Positions 31,697 to 42,205 of a stretch of 64,000 bases of DNA are shown here, piece after piece. Source of the DNA: Candidatus Spongiisociaceae bacterium (GTDB taxonomy: Bacteria; Actinomycetota; Acidimicrobiia; Spongiisociales; Spongiisociaceae); the NCBI GenBank assembly GCA_965262915.1, contig OZ253564.1, positions 1,088,001 to 1,152,000 of the forward strand, written 5' to 3'. Numbering within the stretch: the first letter of the stretch is position 1; the number at the start of each line of letters is the position of its first letter. The translations under genes were made by a program, and so were the position numbers. The notes beneath the pieces are model-generated. The model was not told where the DNA came from. It searched no databases and was given only the letters and a program-made list of their open reading frames with translations.

Positions 31697-32206
31697 GTTT
31701 TGTTGACGTTAGCGAAACGAGTGTTCCGATGGTTCAGCAACGCGTAGCCGATATGAGCATTGACGCGTGCTATTGCTTCCTGTTTCTCTGACATCGTATA
31801 TCGAAACCTTCCTTGTTCGGTCATAGCTTGTTATCTCAGGGTACTGCTTGGGGGGCGGTCCGTCTCATATCGTCGGGTGCCGAACAGGCGCAGGCGGGGC
31901 CGGGTCGAGTTCGAGACGTTCTTCGATGATCTTCTGGGGAACCACGGCTAATCGCTGTCTCGTCCGGAACACGTGACATGCATGAGCGGTGCTTCCAGCG
32001 ATGGATCTCCAGAAGCCAACGGTGCGTAGACGGTTGCGTGGGTTGAAGTGGAGGGAATCGGCTCCGGACCTTCGTTGTTGCCGCTACATCCCAACCCACG
32101 TTTCGCGGCGGGCCGTGCCCTCTGTTCAGCGCTGGATACGCGAACAATGTAAGCTACATGCCCCTAGATCTTGAACTCGGTACGTGTCGGAACAGGAGAC
32201 CACACC

Positions 32207-33931
32207 ATGGTCTCAGGCCTGGGATCAGTCCCGAAATCACTGGGAGAAGGCACGCCTGAGGAGGACACGCCCTTTCCGCTCGAGGCGGCTCATTGGGAAA
32301 CCGAAGCGAAGTTCCTGATCGAAGACGCCGCGCACGTTGGAGATCTGATTGATTCTCTCGACTCGTATGACGTGCAGTCGGCGTTGGCCACCGATATCGT
32401 GGATGATTACTGGGATTCTCCCGGCTGGCATCTCTTCAGGGCGGGGTGGGCGTATCGATGGCGCGACCACTCAGGCGACAAGAGCATGACGCTGAAGTCC
32501 TACAAGTTACGGGACGGGATTGTGCAGAAGCGTCAGGAGGTCGAACGCCGAGTTCTGGCGTTTCCACAAGACGGCAGTCACCCTCTGGTTGCCGAGCATG
32601 TCGCTGACCGATCCGACGGTCTTCGGTCGAGGGACCTGCGGAAGCTCTTCCGCGTGCAAACGCACCGTCGCCTCTTCGACATCCGGCTGTCCGATGATGC
32701 GTTGGTGCAACTGGGGATCGATCAGACGACCATCACCACCGATGGCCCGGTCAAGAAGTCGGCGCCGGGCCACATGACGTTCGTAGAGCTGGAAATAGAG
32801 CTGAAGAAGGGTCAGGAAGAGTCGCTACGGCAACTGGCCGCGGAAACACAGCAACGATTCGGCTTTCTGACCGCCCGTCTTAGCAAGTTCGAACGAGGAT
32901 TACAGACCGCGGGCCTGTCGCCCCCGCGGGCTTCTCGAACGGTGTTGCCGACGAGCACCCCGTTTGTGCAGGCGTTGCGAGAACAGGAGCCCGCGCCGGC
33001 CGATCCGGCCATTCACCTGGCTTATGGCCGCTTACTCGAGCAATTCGAGGAAATGATCACCCAGGAGCCTAGAGCCTGGGAGGGTCTGGACCCCGAAGGG
33101 GTACACAAGATGCGTGTGGCCACGCGCCGCCTCCGTTCCGCGCTTCGAGCCTTCAAGAAGGTGCTGCCCGCCTCGATCCGTTCGTTCAACCGCGAGTTCA
33201 AGTGGCTCGCGGCCGCTCTTGGTGGTGTGCGCGACCTCGACGTCGCCAGGGGGAATCTCCCACACTTTCTGTCCGAGATTCCCCCGGAGGATGCTGCGCA
33301 CATGAACGACTATCAACAGTTCTTGGCCGATCAGTGGCAGAAGGAGCGAAGACGCTTGTTGGCCTGTCTGACTTCCCCTAGGTACGGGCGTTTGAAGACG
33401 GGCTTTGCCCAATTGGTTGAACGGGGTCCGTCTGTGCGCACCATGGAGACCTTGGGTTCGATCACGATTGGCGACGCCGCCCAGCTGCTCATCGGTAAAC
33501 GCTACCGGGGTGTGCTGCGCCGCGGTCGTGAGATCACATCTGTGTCTAGCGATGAGTCGCTACATGCGCTGAGGATTCAATGCAAGCGGCTGCGTTACCT
33601 CCTCGAGTTCTTCCGTCCAACTTATGGCGAGTTGCTCAAAGCGGAGACCACGCGGCTGAAGAAACTTCAGGATGTGCTGGGCGACTTCCAGGACGCGTGC
33701 GTTGCCGGCCAGCTGCTTCGCCGCTACGCCGAAGGCCTACCTATGCGCAGCAGCAACCGAGGCCAGCTCATCGCATTGGGCCAGCTGATCGGCGGCCAGG
33801 ACCGTCGGGCTGCGATGCGCCGGGCCGACTTCGCTCGGGCGTGGGAGCGGTTTGATTCCACCGGTGGCCGAACGGGAATCCTCATTCGCTTGGCAGAGAG
33901 TCGGGCCTCGGTCACCGGGAAACGCACCTAA
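32207..33931 (+). CDS. CYTH plus CHAD domain protein (polyphosphate-related)
   Basis: ETEAK, ELEIELK, SKFERG; HKMRVATRRLRS, VRDLDV, HALRIQCKRLRY, QDVLGDFQD. Confidence 0.92.
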   Translation: MVSGLGSVPKSLGEGTPEEDTPFPLEAAHWETEAKFLIEDAAHVGDLIDSLDSYDVQSALATDIVDDYWDSPGWHLFRAGWAYRWRDHSGDKSMTLKSYKLRDGIVQKRQEVERRVLAFPQDGSHPLVAEHVADRSDGLRSRDLRKLFRVQTHRRLFDIRLSDDALVQLGIDQTTITTDGPVKKSAPGHMTFVELEIELKKGQEESLRQLAAETQQRFGFLTARLSKFERGLQTAGLSPPRASRTVLPTSTPFVQALREQEPAPADPAIHLAYGRLLEQFEEMITQEPRAWEGLDPEGVHKMRVATRRLRSALRAFKKVLPASIRSFNREFKWLAAALGGVRDLDVARGNLPHFLSEIPPEDAAHMNDYQQFLADQWQKERRRLLACLTSPRYGRLKTGFAQLVERGPSVRTMETLGSITIGDAAQLLIGKRYRGVLRRGREITSVSSDESLHALRIQCKRLRYLLEFFRPTYGELLKAETTRLKKLQDVLGDFQDACVAGQLLRRYAEGLPMRSSNRGQLIALGQLIGGQDRRAAMRRADFARAWERFDSTGGRTGILIRLAESRASVTGKRT

Positions 33932-34223
33932 GGCCCGAGAGAGCATCAGGACGGCGGATCGAGCCAGCCGTGCGAATTCGAAGGACCCTTCCAACCAACC
34001 CCCAGGTTTTGCGCAGACTCTCGTCTACTTGCCTCGAAGGTGACAGCCTCCCGCCGGGGTGTTGTCTACGGGAGGAAACGAGTGCCGCAAGATCTGATCG
34101 TCGATGACGGGCCATCGTCCGTAGCTGCCACTCGTAGCACTCAGGGTCACCCTCAGGCACTGGTCGGCCTCGCAACCTCGCGATGAGGCAGGCTAGGTCA
34201 GGCTTCGGTGGGAGTCCCGGCGT

Positions 34224-34827
34224 TCAGCCGGTGGTGACCGTCTGGCGTAGTCGGGGGTGATGTGGCCGTCGGCTAGGTCGGCCTGGACGGCTTGTGGGTC
34301 CGGTCGAGGGGGTTGCCATAGCCGCCTCCGCCGCCGGTGTGGCAGCGGACGGTGTCTCCTTGGCGGAGGAGCATGCGGGTGGTCTTGAGGCGGCGGACCT
34401 TTCGGGGGGTTGCGGAGTTGATGATGACTTCGGGGGTGCTCCGTCCTGGCCGCCGAAGAGGCCCCAGGCGGGGTTGGCTGAGCGCTCGAACCAGAGGCTC
34501 ATCCTGGTGTCGGTGGTCATCCGGTATTCTCGGATGATGCCGTTGCCTTCTCGCCATCGGCCGGGTCCGGCGGAGTCCTGGCGGTAGTCGTACTCGGTGA
34601 TGTGGGCGGGGAACTTGGATTCGAAGACTTCGATGGGCATGTCGTGGAAGTTGCCGGACAGGGTCCAGATCATGCCGTCCTCGCCGTCGCGGCCTTGTGG
34701 GGCGCCCCATCCGCCTACGTGGGGTCCGTTGCCGAGGAACAGTTCGCCCGTGCGGGGGCTGATGCCGGTGAACTGGAAGATCATGCCGTCGCCGTAGTGG
34801 GCGGCGGGGACGGTGTCGGCGAGGGCT
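34224..34827 (-). pseudogene. Hydantoinase B/oxoprolinase 3' fragment, copy A
   Basis: GGWGA..GRDG, PIEVFE, DSAGPG, TGGGGGYG; frameshifts. Confidence 0.9.
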
Positions 34828-35126
34828 GTTGTCCTCGTTCACATCGGGATGTAGTCGACGATGCTTCCGGCGTCACATCTGCTGCGTCCTTGAGACACTT
34901 CGACGGATCTAGGACCGAGCGGAGTATGGTCAACTCGGTCTGAGGATCTGACCTAACACGTTTAATGTGTTGACGATCGTTGAGGGTGGCAGTGATCGAC
35001 ATAGGCTATTTGCCCTGGGCCAGTTTGATGAGCTCTCGCCACTCAGCCCGCAACCTGCACATAGTCAGAGCGGCCAAAGGTGTCGAGCTTGGTGGCCAGG
35101 TCATGCAGCTGGCCGGCTATTGGCCC

Positions 35127-36440
35127 TCAGAGGCTGAGGCTGTAGCCTCCGGGCGGATCTGCAGTGGGTGGGGGCCTGTCTGGTACTGGTCGGACTGGCC
35201 GTTCACGGAGCGTGCTGCCTTGTGGGGTGGCTAGGGAGCGTTCCAGGGAGGTGAGCAGTTCTATAACGGAGGGGGCTTCGAGGACGCGGTTGCGGGGGCT
35301 GCTGGAGGGTCGGAGCCGCAGGATACCGGCTTGGAGGAGTTGTGTGATAGCAGCTCGGACAGCTACCGGGGAACGTCCTACCAGTTGTGCTGCCTTATCG
35401 GGAGTCAAGAGGGGAACCCCGGGGAGGATTCCTACGAGCAGATCCAGGGCGGAGCCTTTTCGGTAGCGTCCCAGCTTCTGGTTCCACTCGTCGGTCAGTT
35501 GGTTGATCCGGTCGCCGTATTCCACCGCGTCGTCGCATGCCCTTCGGGTAGCGGCTGTGAATGTGCCCAGCCACGGCTGTAGGGCGGCGTCTCGTTGAGA
35601 GCTGCCGGCCGGGCCTTCGTGCCGAAAGTCCGTGAGCCCTTCAACGTAGGAGTCGGACCAGGTAGACAGGACCAGACTGATCGGCGGCACGAACCGGGGC
35701 GCCAGTCCGCGTCTTCGCAGCACGATGTGGATCAGTGCCCGACCGGCACGGCCGTTGCCGTCTCCGAAAGGGTGGACCGTCTCGAATTGGGCGTGAGCGA
35801 CCGCGGCTTGGGTGAGTGGACTGTGATAGTCGGTGTTCACATAGTCGGCGAGATCGCTCATCAACTCGGGCACCCGGTCTGGGGGAGGAGGCACATAGGC
35901 GGCGTTGCAAGGGTTGAAACTTCCTCCCCCAACCCAGCCTTGCTCTTGGCGCAACACTCCTCCCAGCTCCGGGTTGGGGGAGCGGCCCATCAGTAGCTTG
36001 TGGACTTCCAGAAGGCCATCGAGGGTGACCGGCCCTTGCTGAGCGGCCAGGTCTACTGCCTGGCGCATGGCGTCGATGTTGCCGACCACTTCCGTCGCGA
36101 TGCTGTCTGTGGCAGCCAAGCCTTTTGCTATCTGTTCCTCGGCCGCTAGCAGACGCCGGGGACCAACCCTGAGGCCCTCGATGGCCGACGAGCCCACCGA
36201 CTCTGCTCGCAGCAGGAACCGGCCCATACCGGCCAAACCGGGGTGCCGCACGTCGGAACGGTTCAGGTCCCGTACCGCCTCCTCGGCTTGACTGACAGAC
36301 GCTGCCAACGAACCGGGAATCAGCGGATCCCACCCGGCCAGTAGATCAGGCGAGTAAGGGTGATACCAACCGCCCATCCGATCCGACCGGGTAGGACCCT
36401 CAAACCGAGGCGCCCACCACATCCGCAGATACTCCGCCAC
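35127..36440 (-). CDS. Fic family protein
   Basis: HPFGDGNGRAGR; ESVGSSAIEG. Confidence 0.93.
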   Translation of the reverse strand: MAEYLRMWWAPRFEGPTRSDRMGGWYHPYSPDLLAGWDPLIPGSLAASVSQAEEAVRDLNRSDVRHPGLAGMGRFLLRAESVGSSAIEGLRVGPRRLLAAEEQIAKGLAATDSIATEVVGNIDAMRQAVDLAAQQGPVTLDGLLEVHKLLMGRSPNPELGGVLRQEQGWVGGGSFNPCNAAYVPPPPDRVPELMSDLADYVNTDYHSPLTQAAVAHAQFETVHPFGDGNGRAGRALIHIVLRRRGLAPRFVPPISLVLSTWSDSYVEGLTDFRHEGPAGSSQRDAALQPWLGTFTAATRRACDDAVEYGDRINQLTDEWNQKLGRYRKGSALDLLVGILPGVPLLTPDKAAQLVGRSPVAVRAAITQLLQAGILRLRPSSSPRNRVLEAPSVIELLTSLERSLATPQGSTLRERPVRPVPDRPPPTADPPGGYSLSL

Positions 36441-36803
36441 TCGATCACTCCCTGGTTCGGGTAAGGCTAAGCAATAACCCAACCACCGCCACCCTCATAG
36501 CGACAGGATACCACGCAACCTGTTGCTAAGAGTCCCGGCCCGGCCGCCGTCCGGACAGGTAGACCCCAGCCTCGGGCTGCTAATGGGCATTGGTGGACGT
36601 AGCCGCCACCCCCCAGCGGATCATTCAGGTCAGAAACGAGTAAGCGACCGCAGCCCACGTTCGCGTCCCGACCTCTTGCTGCGAGCCGTTTACCTGGCGA
36701 CCACGATAACCGCAGGGGCCTGTCGATACGTAACAACCCGATCCTCCACGACGCTTGGAGCCGCTTTACCGAACCCTGGTCCTCGGTCGCTGAATGATCT
36801 GAG

Positions 36804-37158
36804 GCTGCGAACGCACCGTAGGACGCGTCGCCGGCACCGGTCGTGTCCACCGGTCGATGGACCGTCCGAACTGGGATGTGGGTCACGTCGGTACCTGTGG
36901 CGACAACGCACCCAACGTGGCGGAGCTTCACAGCGGCGAACCAAGCGCCGGCCGCGACGTAGTCCCGGGCCGCTCGCTCATGGTCCGGTCCGGCTAGGTG
37001 TTCGCTCTCCAGGCGCTGGGCACCAAAGCAGTGCAATCGGCTACGAGGTCGATGTAGGTATCCGGGTTGGTGGCAGCGTCGTCTGTGTGCGGGTCGAGGG
37101 TGATCATCGACCGGGCCTCGGCTGTGACTGCGACCCATCCGGCCTGGTATCGCACGGG
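36804..37158 (-). pseudogene. Duplicated central/3' fragment of the pfkB gene
   Basis: Similar to about 44980-45332; VDTTGAGDA. Confidence 0.85.
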
Positions 37159-37231
37159 TGGCCATGTACGCCGGTGGGCGAGCGGAGCAGCCTGCTTCCC
37201 CGGCTAGGTTTAGCCAGGGAGAACATCGATC

Positions 37232-38035
37232 ATGTCCGACAGCAGCATAAGCGAGTCTTACCGGAGGGATGGCTACTACTTCCCGATCCCCGTCCTTTCG
37301 GGCGATGAAGCCCGAGAGTGCCGCCGGCGCTTGGAGGCCTTCGAGGCCGAGCACCAAGGGTTGCCCGACAGATACCGCTTCAAGACTTACCTGGTGTGGA
37401 CCTGGCTCGATAGGCTGATTCGACATCCGCGGATCCTGGATGCTGTCGAAGCAGTCATCGGACCCGACATCTTGTGCTGGTCGACTGACTTCTTCATCAA
37501 GGAAGCACACGATCCGGGGTTCGTGTCATGGCACCAGGACTCGACCTACTGGGGGCTCGAACCTCCGGACGTGGTCACGGCTTGGCTGGGACTCACCGAC
37601 AGCACTGACGAGAACGGGTGTGTCCGCGTCGTGCCGGGCAGCCACCTGCAGGGCCAGGTTACGCATCACGACACTTTTGGAGAAGACAACCTGCTATCTC
37701 GAGGACAGGAAGTGATGGTGAAAGTCGACGAGAGCGAGGGCGTCGATCTCAGGCTGTCTGCCGGGGAAATCTCACTCCACCATGTCCTGGTAGTCCACGG
37801 ATCCCGGCCGAACCCATCATCGGACCGTCGCATCGGAGTCGCATTCCGCTACCTGCCCACCCATGTGCAGCAGACTGAGGGGGTCCGCGAGTCGGCCATG
37901 CTCGTGCGAGGAATCGACGAGTACGGGAACTTCGACCTCGAGCCCCGACCGCGGACCGACTTCGATGAGGCGGCGCTTTCGGCCCATGCCGATGCCATGG
38001 GGCGGTTCGAGAGATTCGGAGAAACATCGCTGTAG
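37232..38035 (+). CDS. Phytanoyl-CoA dioxygenase (PhyH) family Fe/2OG enzyme
   Basis: WHQD, VVPGSH, HGS.PN.S..RR. Confidence 0.92.
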   Translation: MSDSSISESYRRDGYYFPIPVLSGDEARECRRRLEAFEAEHQGLPDRYRFKTYLVWTWLDRLIRHPRILDAVEAVIGPDILCWSTDFFIKEAHDPGFVSWHQDSTYWGLEPPDVVTAWLGLTDSTDENGCVRVVPGSHLQGQVTHHDTFGEDNLLSRGQEVMVKVDESEGVDLRLSAGEISLHHVLVVHGSRPNPSSDRRIGVAFRYLPTHVQQTEGVRESAMLVRGIDEYGNFDLEPRPRTDFDEAALSAHADAMGRFERFGETSL

Positions 38036-38075
38036 GGGGCGAACCCCTTTGCACCGGGTTTCTCAGTACCCTCCC

Positions 38076-38422
38076 AGGAACAGTTCGCCGGTGCGAGGGT
38101 TGATGCCGGTGGGCTGGAAGACCATGCCGTGGCCGTAGAGGGCGGGGGAGAGGGCCGAGCAGATAGGGTCGATCATCGGTCGAGGGGGGTCAAGTGGACC
38201 TGGCAGGCGGCGGGGGAGCGGGCATGGTGGATCGATCCGGGTTTGGTGAGTACTTCCCGGGGGCGGAAGGTGCCTCCGTTGACGGGTTGGCGGGAGTTGA
38301 ACAGGTACTTGAAGGCTAGGCGGCAGGCGGACAGAGTCTTTACGGCGCCGCAGTTGATGGGACCCTGGCCGGGTCCGTCGATCTCGGCGAGGCCGAAGGC
38401 CAGGCGCTCGCCCTCCACCGTG
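38076..38422 (-). pseudogene. Hydantoinase B fragment, copy B (middle region)
   Basis: VEGERL...GPINCG...AFKYLF; similar to 62140-62510. Confidence 0.88.
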
Positions 38423-38485
38423 TTGATAAACCCATGACACTGGGGTCGGCATGGGAGCCACCTACGACATAGTTGGCTGAGTGCT

Positions 38486-40429
38486 CTACAGACTGATGGA
38501 GTAGGTCGCTAATTGTTCTGGGTATTCGGATCGTGAGTATATGACTATTGTGTAGACGCCGCTGGTGGTGATGAACTGTCGGAGGTCGGCTTCGATGGTT
38601 ACGCTTCCATCCGAGTGGACGTCCCAGGTGTGAGCTACAACATCCTCTGGGTCCAGATCCGGATAATATGATCCGGGCGATGGTGGTATAAGTACTCGCA
38701 CGATCGGTTCTATATTCTCACAGTCATCAGTGAAGCCACCACCCACACAGTAGGCTTTGAGTCTGAAGATATCCTCCGGTCGCTTCGGAGTTGGTGGTGG
38801 GTCGTAGTAGATCGCTATCCCGCCTATCTCAATGCTGGCCTCGGGTCGTAGTGAAAGGCGTAGTAGCCCGCCGGTGAGGTCGGGCGCTGTTTCGTGGGTT
38901 AGCCGTGTGTATTCGAAGTGCTGAAAGTACGTAACATGGCTCTCAGTAAACGATATACCGATGTTGACGGTATCGTAGATAGGGTCAATGATCGTATCGC
39001 GATGCCCCCAATTCGCATGAGCATCGTCATACATCATGCCCCACTGAAGTGACTCGATCGCGCTGAGCACATCGATGTCTCCGCATACGACGGTCGGATC
39101 ATCACACCTTTCTGATCCTCTAGCCTGCCCCGCAGCGTTCTCAGCCATTACACCGATGCCACCTGCTTGCGTGTACAACATGTACGGCTTCAATCCATCC
39201 GATGTCCAGTGCCCTGTTAAGTACCCACTACGTACCGAGTCTTCTGCATGGGCCTGTGCAGCCTGGTTCGACCCGAGCCGGACAGGCGGTGAACCGTGTG
39301 ACTGACGATCCCGGTTTATGAGCTCAACGGCAAAGAGGCGAAGCTCCTCGAGCGTGGGGAACTCCGGCTCATCGAAGGATACAAGGCCGGTATCCGGCTG
39401 TAGATCAGCGGTGTCCAGGTTGATGAAGTATCTGCTTGCTGGAAGCTCAGAACCTGTCCAGACCACCACTTCATACACACCGGGTCCTGGGACCAATTCT
39501 GCGATAGACACAGCTATCGAGGTCATATGACTATCACTCGACCAGTATTCGGCCGTGATATCGACGTCCCGGAGAGTCAGCATCTGACTGCTGTCCGGTG
39601 GTCTGTGTATTGAGAGGACCTTGGTACGGGATAAGGTAGCCGTGGGGGAAGAAGGAGCCGGATAATAGTACAGATCGACACTTTCGATCTCGACTCCACT
39701 ATACGGGACCACTTCGAGACTCAGGACTCCACCTGACACCGACGGTTCCTTCAGATATGTCAGCTTCTGGTGCTCTAACTGAAAGACCACCACAAACGTG
39801 AAGTCTGTGTACGCAACTCCCACATGTAGAGTTTCCCAATCAGAGAACAGCGGACTCTCCCGCTCCTCAGGAAACGTCTCCGCCAAACGCGAATCCACAT
39901 ATTCCGACAGGTACGCCTCCGGGTCGGTTCTCGTACAGATCACCAGAGCAGACCGACACTGGGTGAGTTCAGCGGTGTCGAGATAGCCACGGATCGCGCC
40001 TGAGGACAAGATGGCTCCTCGGCCCCCGGTCGCTGTGTACACAACCTCGAGCGGTAGTCCATCCTGGGTGTAATCTGCCAGACGTAAGGCCTCAAGGGCC
40101 TGCTCAGCCACATACTGGGCGGCAACACCATCCCCGATCTCCAACGGGGCACGCCCCCGGTCGATCCGTTGCCGGTTGACACGGTCCACCGCCATAGCTC
40201 GAAGCGACGCGACCTCATCAGACGGAACAGTATCCACTCGGCCCAGTGAACCGTCCGCACCCTGGTCCGTACTCGGAGAGGCCGAGGCCGTGCCACCACG
40301 CGACGTTGACTCCTGGTCCCGAACAGGCTCACTAGGACCGTCGAAGTCGACAACCTGACCATCCTCACCACACGCCAAAACCAAGAAAACAGCCAGCACA
40401 GCACCCAGGCAAACCCGCCTACTAGACAC
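38486..40429 (-). CDS. Lipoprotein with two CAP/SCP-like domains
   Basis: Lipobox VLAC; INRDR...AQAHA, AEN, WGHRDTII...VNIGI; start approximate. Confidence 0.8.
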   Translation of the reverse strand: MSSRRVCLGAVLAVFLVLACGEDGQVVDFDGPSEPVRDQESTSRGGTASASPSTDQGADGSLGRVDTVPSDEVASLRAMAVDRVNRQRIDRGRAPLEIGDGVAAQYVAEQALEALRLADYTQDGLPLEVVYTATGGRGAILSSGAIRGYLDTAELTQCRSALVICTRTDPEAYLSEYVDSRLAETFPEERESPLFSDWETLHVGVAYTDFTFVVVFQLEHQKLTYLKEPSVSGGVLSLEVVPYSGVEIESVDLYYYPAPSSPTATLSRTKVLSIHRPPDSSQMLTLRDVDITAEYWSSDSHMTSIAVSIAELVPGPGVYEVVVWTGSELPASRYFINLDTADLQPDTGLVSFDEPEFPTLEELRLFAVELINRDRQSHGSPPVRLGSNQAAQAHAEDSVRSGYLTGHWTSDGLKPYMLYTQAGGIGVMAENAAGQARGSERCDDPTVVCGDIDVLSAIESLQWGMMYDDAHANWGHRDTIIDPIYDTVNIGISFTESHVTYFQHFEYTRLTHETAPDLTGGLLRLSLRPEASIEIGGIAIYYDPPPTPKRPEDIFRLKAYCVGGGFTDDCENIEPIVRVLIPPSPGSYYPDLDPEDVVAHTWDVHSDGSVTIEADLRQFITTSGVYTIVIYSRSEYPEQLATYSISL

Positions 40430-40664
40430 CCCCAAACACCAATCCCCCGACGTTCTCCGTATCATCGGCCCGGAAGGCGTCGGAGGGCTCGCGTGCCGGT
40501 CCTGGAAGAGGCGTCGCGGGTACCCGCCATGACAGCCTGCACGGTCTTGGGATGTCCTTCGTGGGCCACGCCGCTGGATCGTAGCTAGATTCGGGCTACC
40601 TACCTGCGGGGGCGGGGAGGGTGGGGGCGGGTCAACGACTCCCGCGATTGGTTCCACACATGAA

Positions 40665-40938
40665 CGCCGTAGCAGCCTCCGCCGCCGGTGTAGCAGCGGG
40701 CGGTGTCGCCTTCGCCGGAGGGCGTGCGGTTGGTTTTGAGGCGGCGGGTCTCTGTGGGGTTCCGGGGTTGATGATGACTTCGGGCGGTGCGCCGGCCTGG
40801 CCGCCGAAGAGGTCCCAGGCGGGGTTGCCGGAGCGTTCGAACCAGAGGCTCATCTCGGTGTCGATGCTCATCCGGTAGTTGCGGATGATGTCGTTGCCTC
40901 CACGCCATCGGCCGGGGCCGGCGGAGTCCTGGCGGTAG
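40665..40938 (-). pseudogene. Hydantoinase B fragment, copy C
   Basis: YRQDSAGPG...SLWFERSGNPAW...YTGGGG. Confidence 0.88.
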
Positions 40939-41089
40939 GTGTCTCAGTGACGCGGACCGGGGAACTTGCGTTGATGATTGTCGAAGTCTTGTCTCGATCG
41001 CTGAAACTCACCCCCTATCGCCTGCAGACGATTCCCGGTTTCACGGGGCCGCTCCGAGATGGTGGATGCGCGATGCGGGCCGAGGCCGG

Positions 41090-42034
41090 TCAGAAGAGGG
41101 CGGCCTGTCCGGGGTGCGAACTCTCGTCGGGCTCGGATTGAGGGCTTTCGAGGATGTTCCGGAGTTGGGATGCGTCGGTGAGGGGGATCGCGCCCATGTC
41201 AGCGAGAGCCTCGTTTCCCGGACCTTCGCCAAGGCCTCGCCAGACAGCCACCCGGCAGTAGCGGCCCTTCATCGCCTCCGTCGCCCCTGACCACGTACCG
41301 CCCGAGCCCTTGTCGGCCGCTACCGCCACGGTTACATCCGAGAGGGCGTATATGAGCTTGTTCCGGCCCATCGTCGTGCCGACCGAGAACGGGGAGTCCG
41401 GTGCATATGGTGTACACATGACTGTCCGGCCCTCGTAAACGGCTCGGCGGACACCCGGGGACTTTAGGATGCGGGCGAGCGAGTGGGCCGGGGCGCCGAT
41501 CACGTTTCCTTCCGCCGTGAAAGCCGCGTTCATGGCCAGTTGATCCACCGCTCGGGCCTCACCTGAGATCAGCGGGACGCCGAGTGACGCCGCCTGCTTA
41601 CCGAGATCCGTCGCGACTCGGGCGCCTTCGTTGCTCACGTTGCGGCTTCCCACGACTCCGACGCCTCCTTCGTCGAGGAGTTCCAGTGCTCCGGCGGCGT
41701 GGAGTATCGGCGGTGCCTTGGGCCCGAGGCTCGCGCGAAGCCGCTGCGGATAGTGGTCGTCGAACGGTGTGAGGGTGGCTATCCCGGACTGGTCGAGCCG
41801 TTCCAGTTGGAAGGCCATCGTGGTAGCCCTCGCCAGCAGGGCGACCACCCGGTCCGCCATGTCCGCCATCAGCCCGGTGCCTACTAGATCGTTCTCGGTC
41901 ATCCCGAGAAGACCGCCGGGGTGGCCCATGTCGGTGACCAGCTTCCAGAATTGGCGAGCCGTGAGCGGACTTGTCCCATCGCTCGCTATCCGGCTCACCA
42001 GGAGGATCGTGGCCAGTGCGTCATCGCTCCTCAT
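41090..42034 (-). CDS. dprA: DprA/Smf family DNA-binding protein
   Basis: YP..L, VVGSR, RNKLIYALS, GGTWSG; ISGEAR replaces the usual ISGGA. Confidence 0.85.
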   Translation of the reverse strand: MRSDDALATILLVSRIASDGTSPLTARQFWKLVTDMGHPGGLLGMTENDLVGTGLMADMADRVVALLARATTMAFQLERLDQSGIATLTPFDDHYPQRLRASLGPKAPPILHAAGALELLDEGGVGVVGSRNVSNEGARVATDLGKQAASLGVPLISGEARAVDQLAMNAAFTAEGNVIGAPAHSLARILKSPGVRRAVYEGRTVMCTPYAPDSPFSVGTTMGRNKLIYALSDVTVAVAADKGSGGTWSGATEAMKGRYCRVAVWRGLGEGPGNEALADMGAIPLTDASQLRNILESPQSEPDESSHPGQAALF

Positions 42035-42205
42035 CGCACCGACCTCCCTGCCTTACTGGCCATGACAAGAGGATATCCCGGCTCGTATCCTGCGTCCTGA
42101 CGACCTGATCGTGCGGAGCCTGACCCGACTCCCATGGGTTGGCTGGTTTCGCGCGCCTCTTCCCGGAGGCTCAGAGTGCTCTGGCTGGAGGTTTGCGCCG
42201 GTCGG

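Larger units (their letters stand above)
30009..31794 (-). pseudogene. Hypothetical 114-aa gene split by ISL3
   Basis: 31794-31697 joined to 30255-30009 restores one frame after removing the IS and one target duplication. Confidence 0.75.

Noticed and set aside
36467-37510. 347-aa ORF
   Set aside because: Spans the antisense of the PhyH gene and a pfkB fragment; not a coherent protein.
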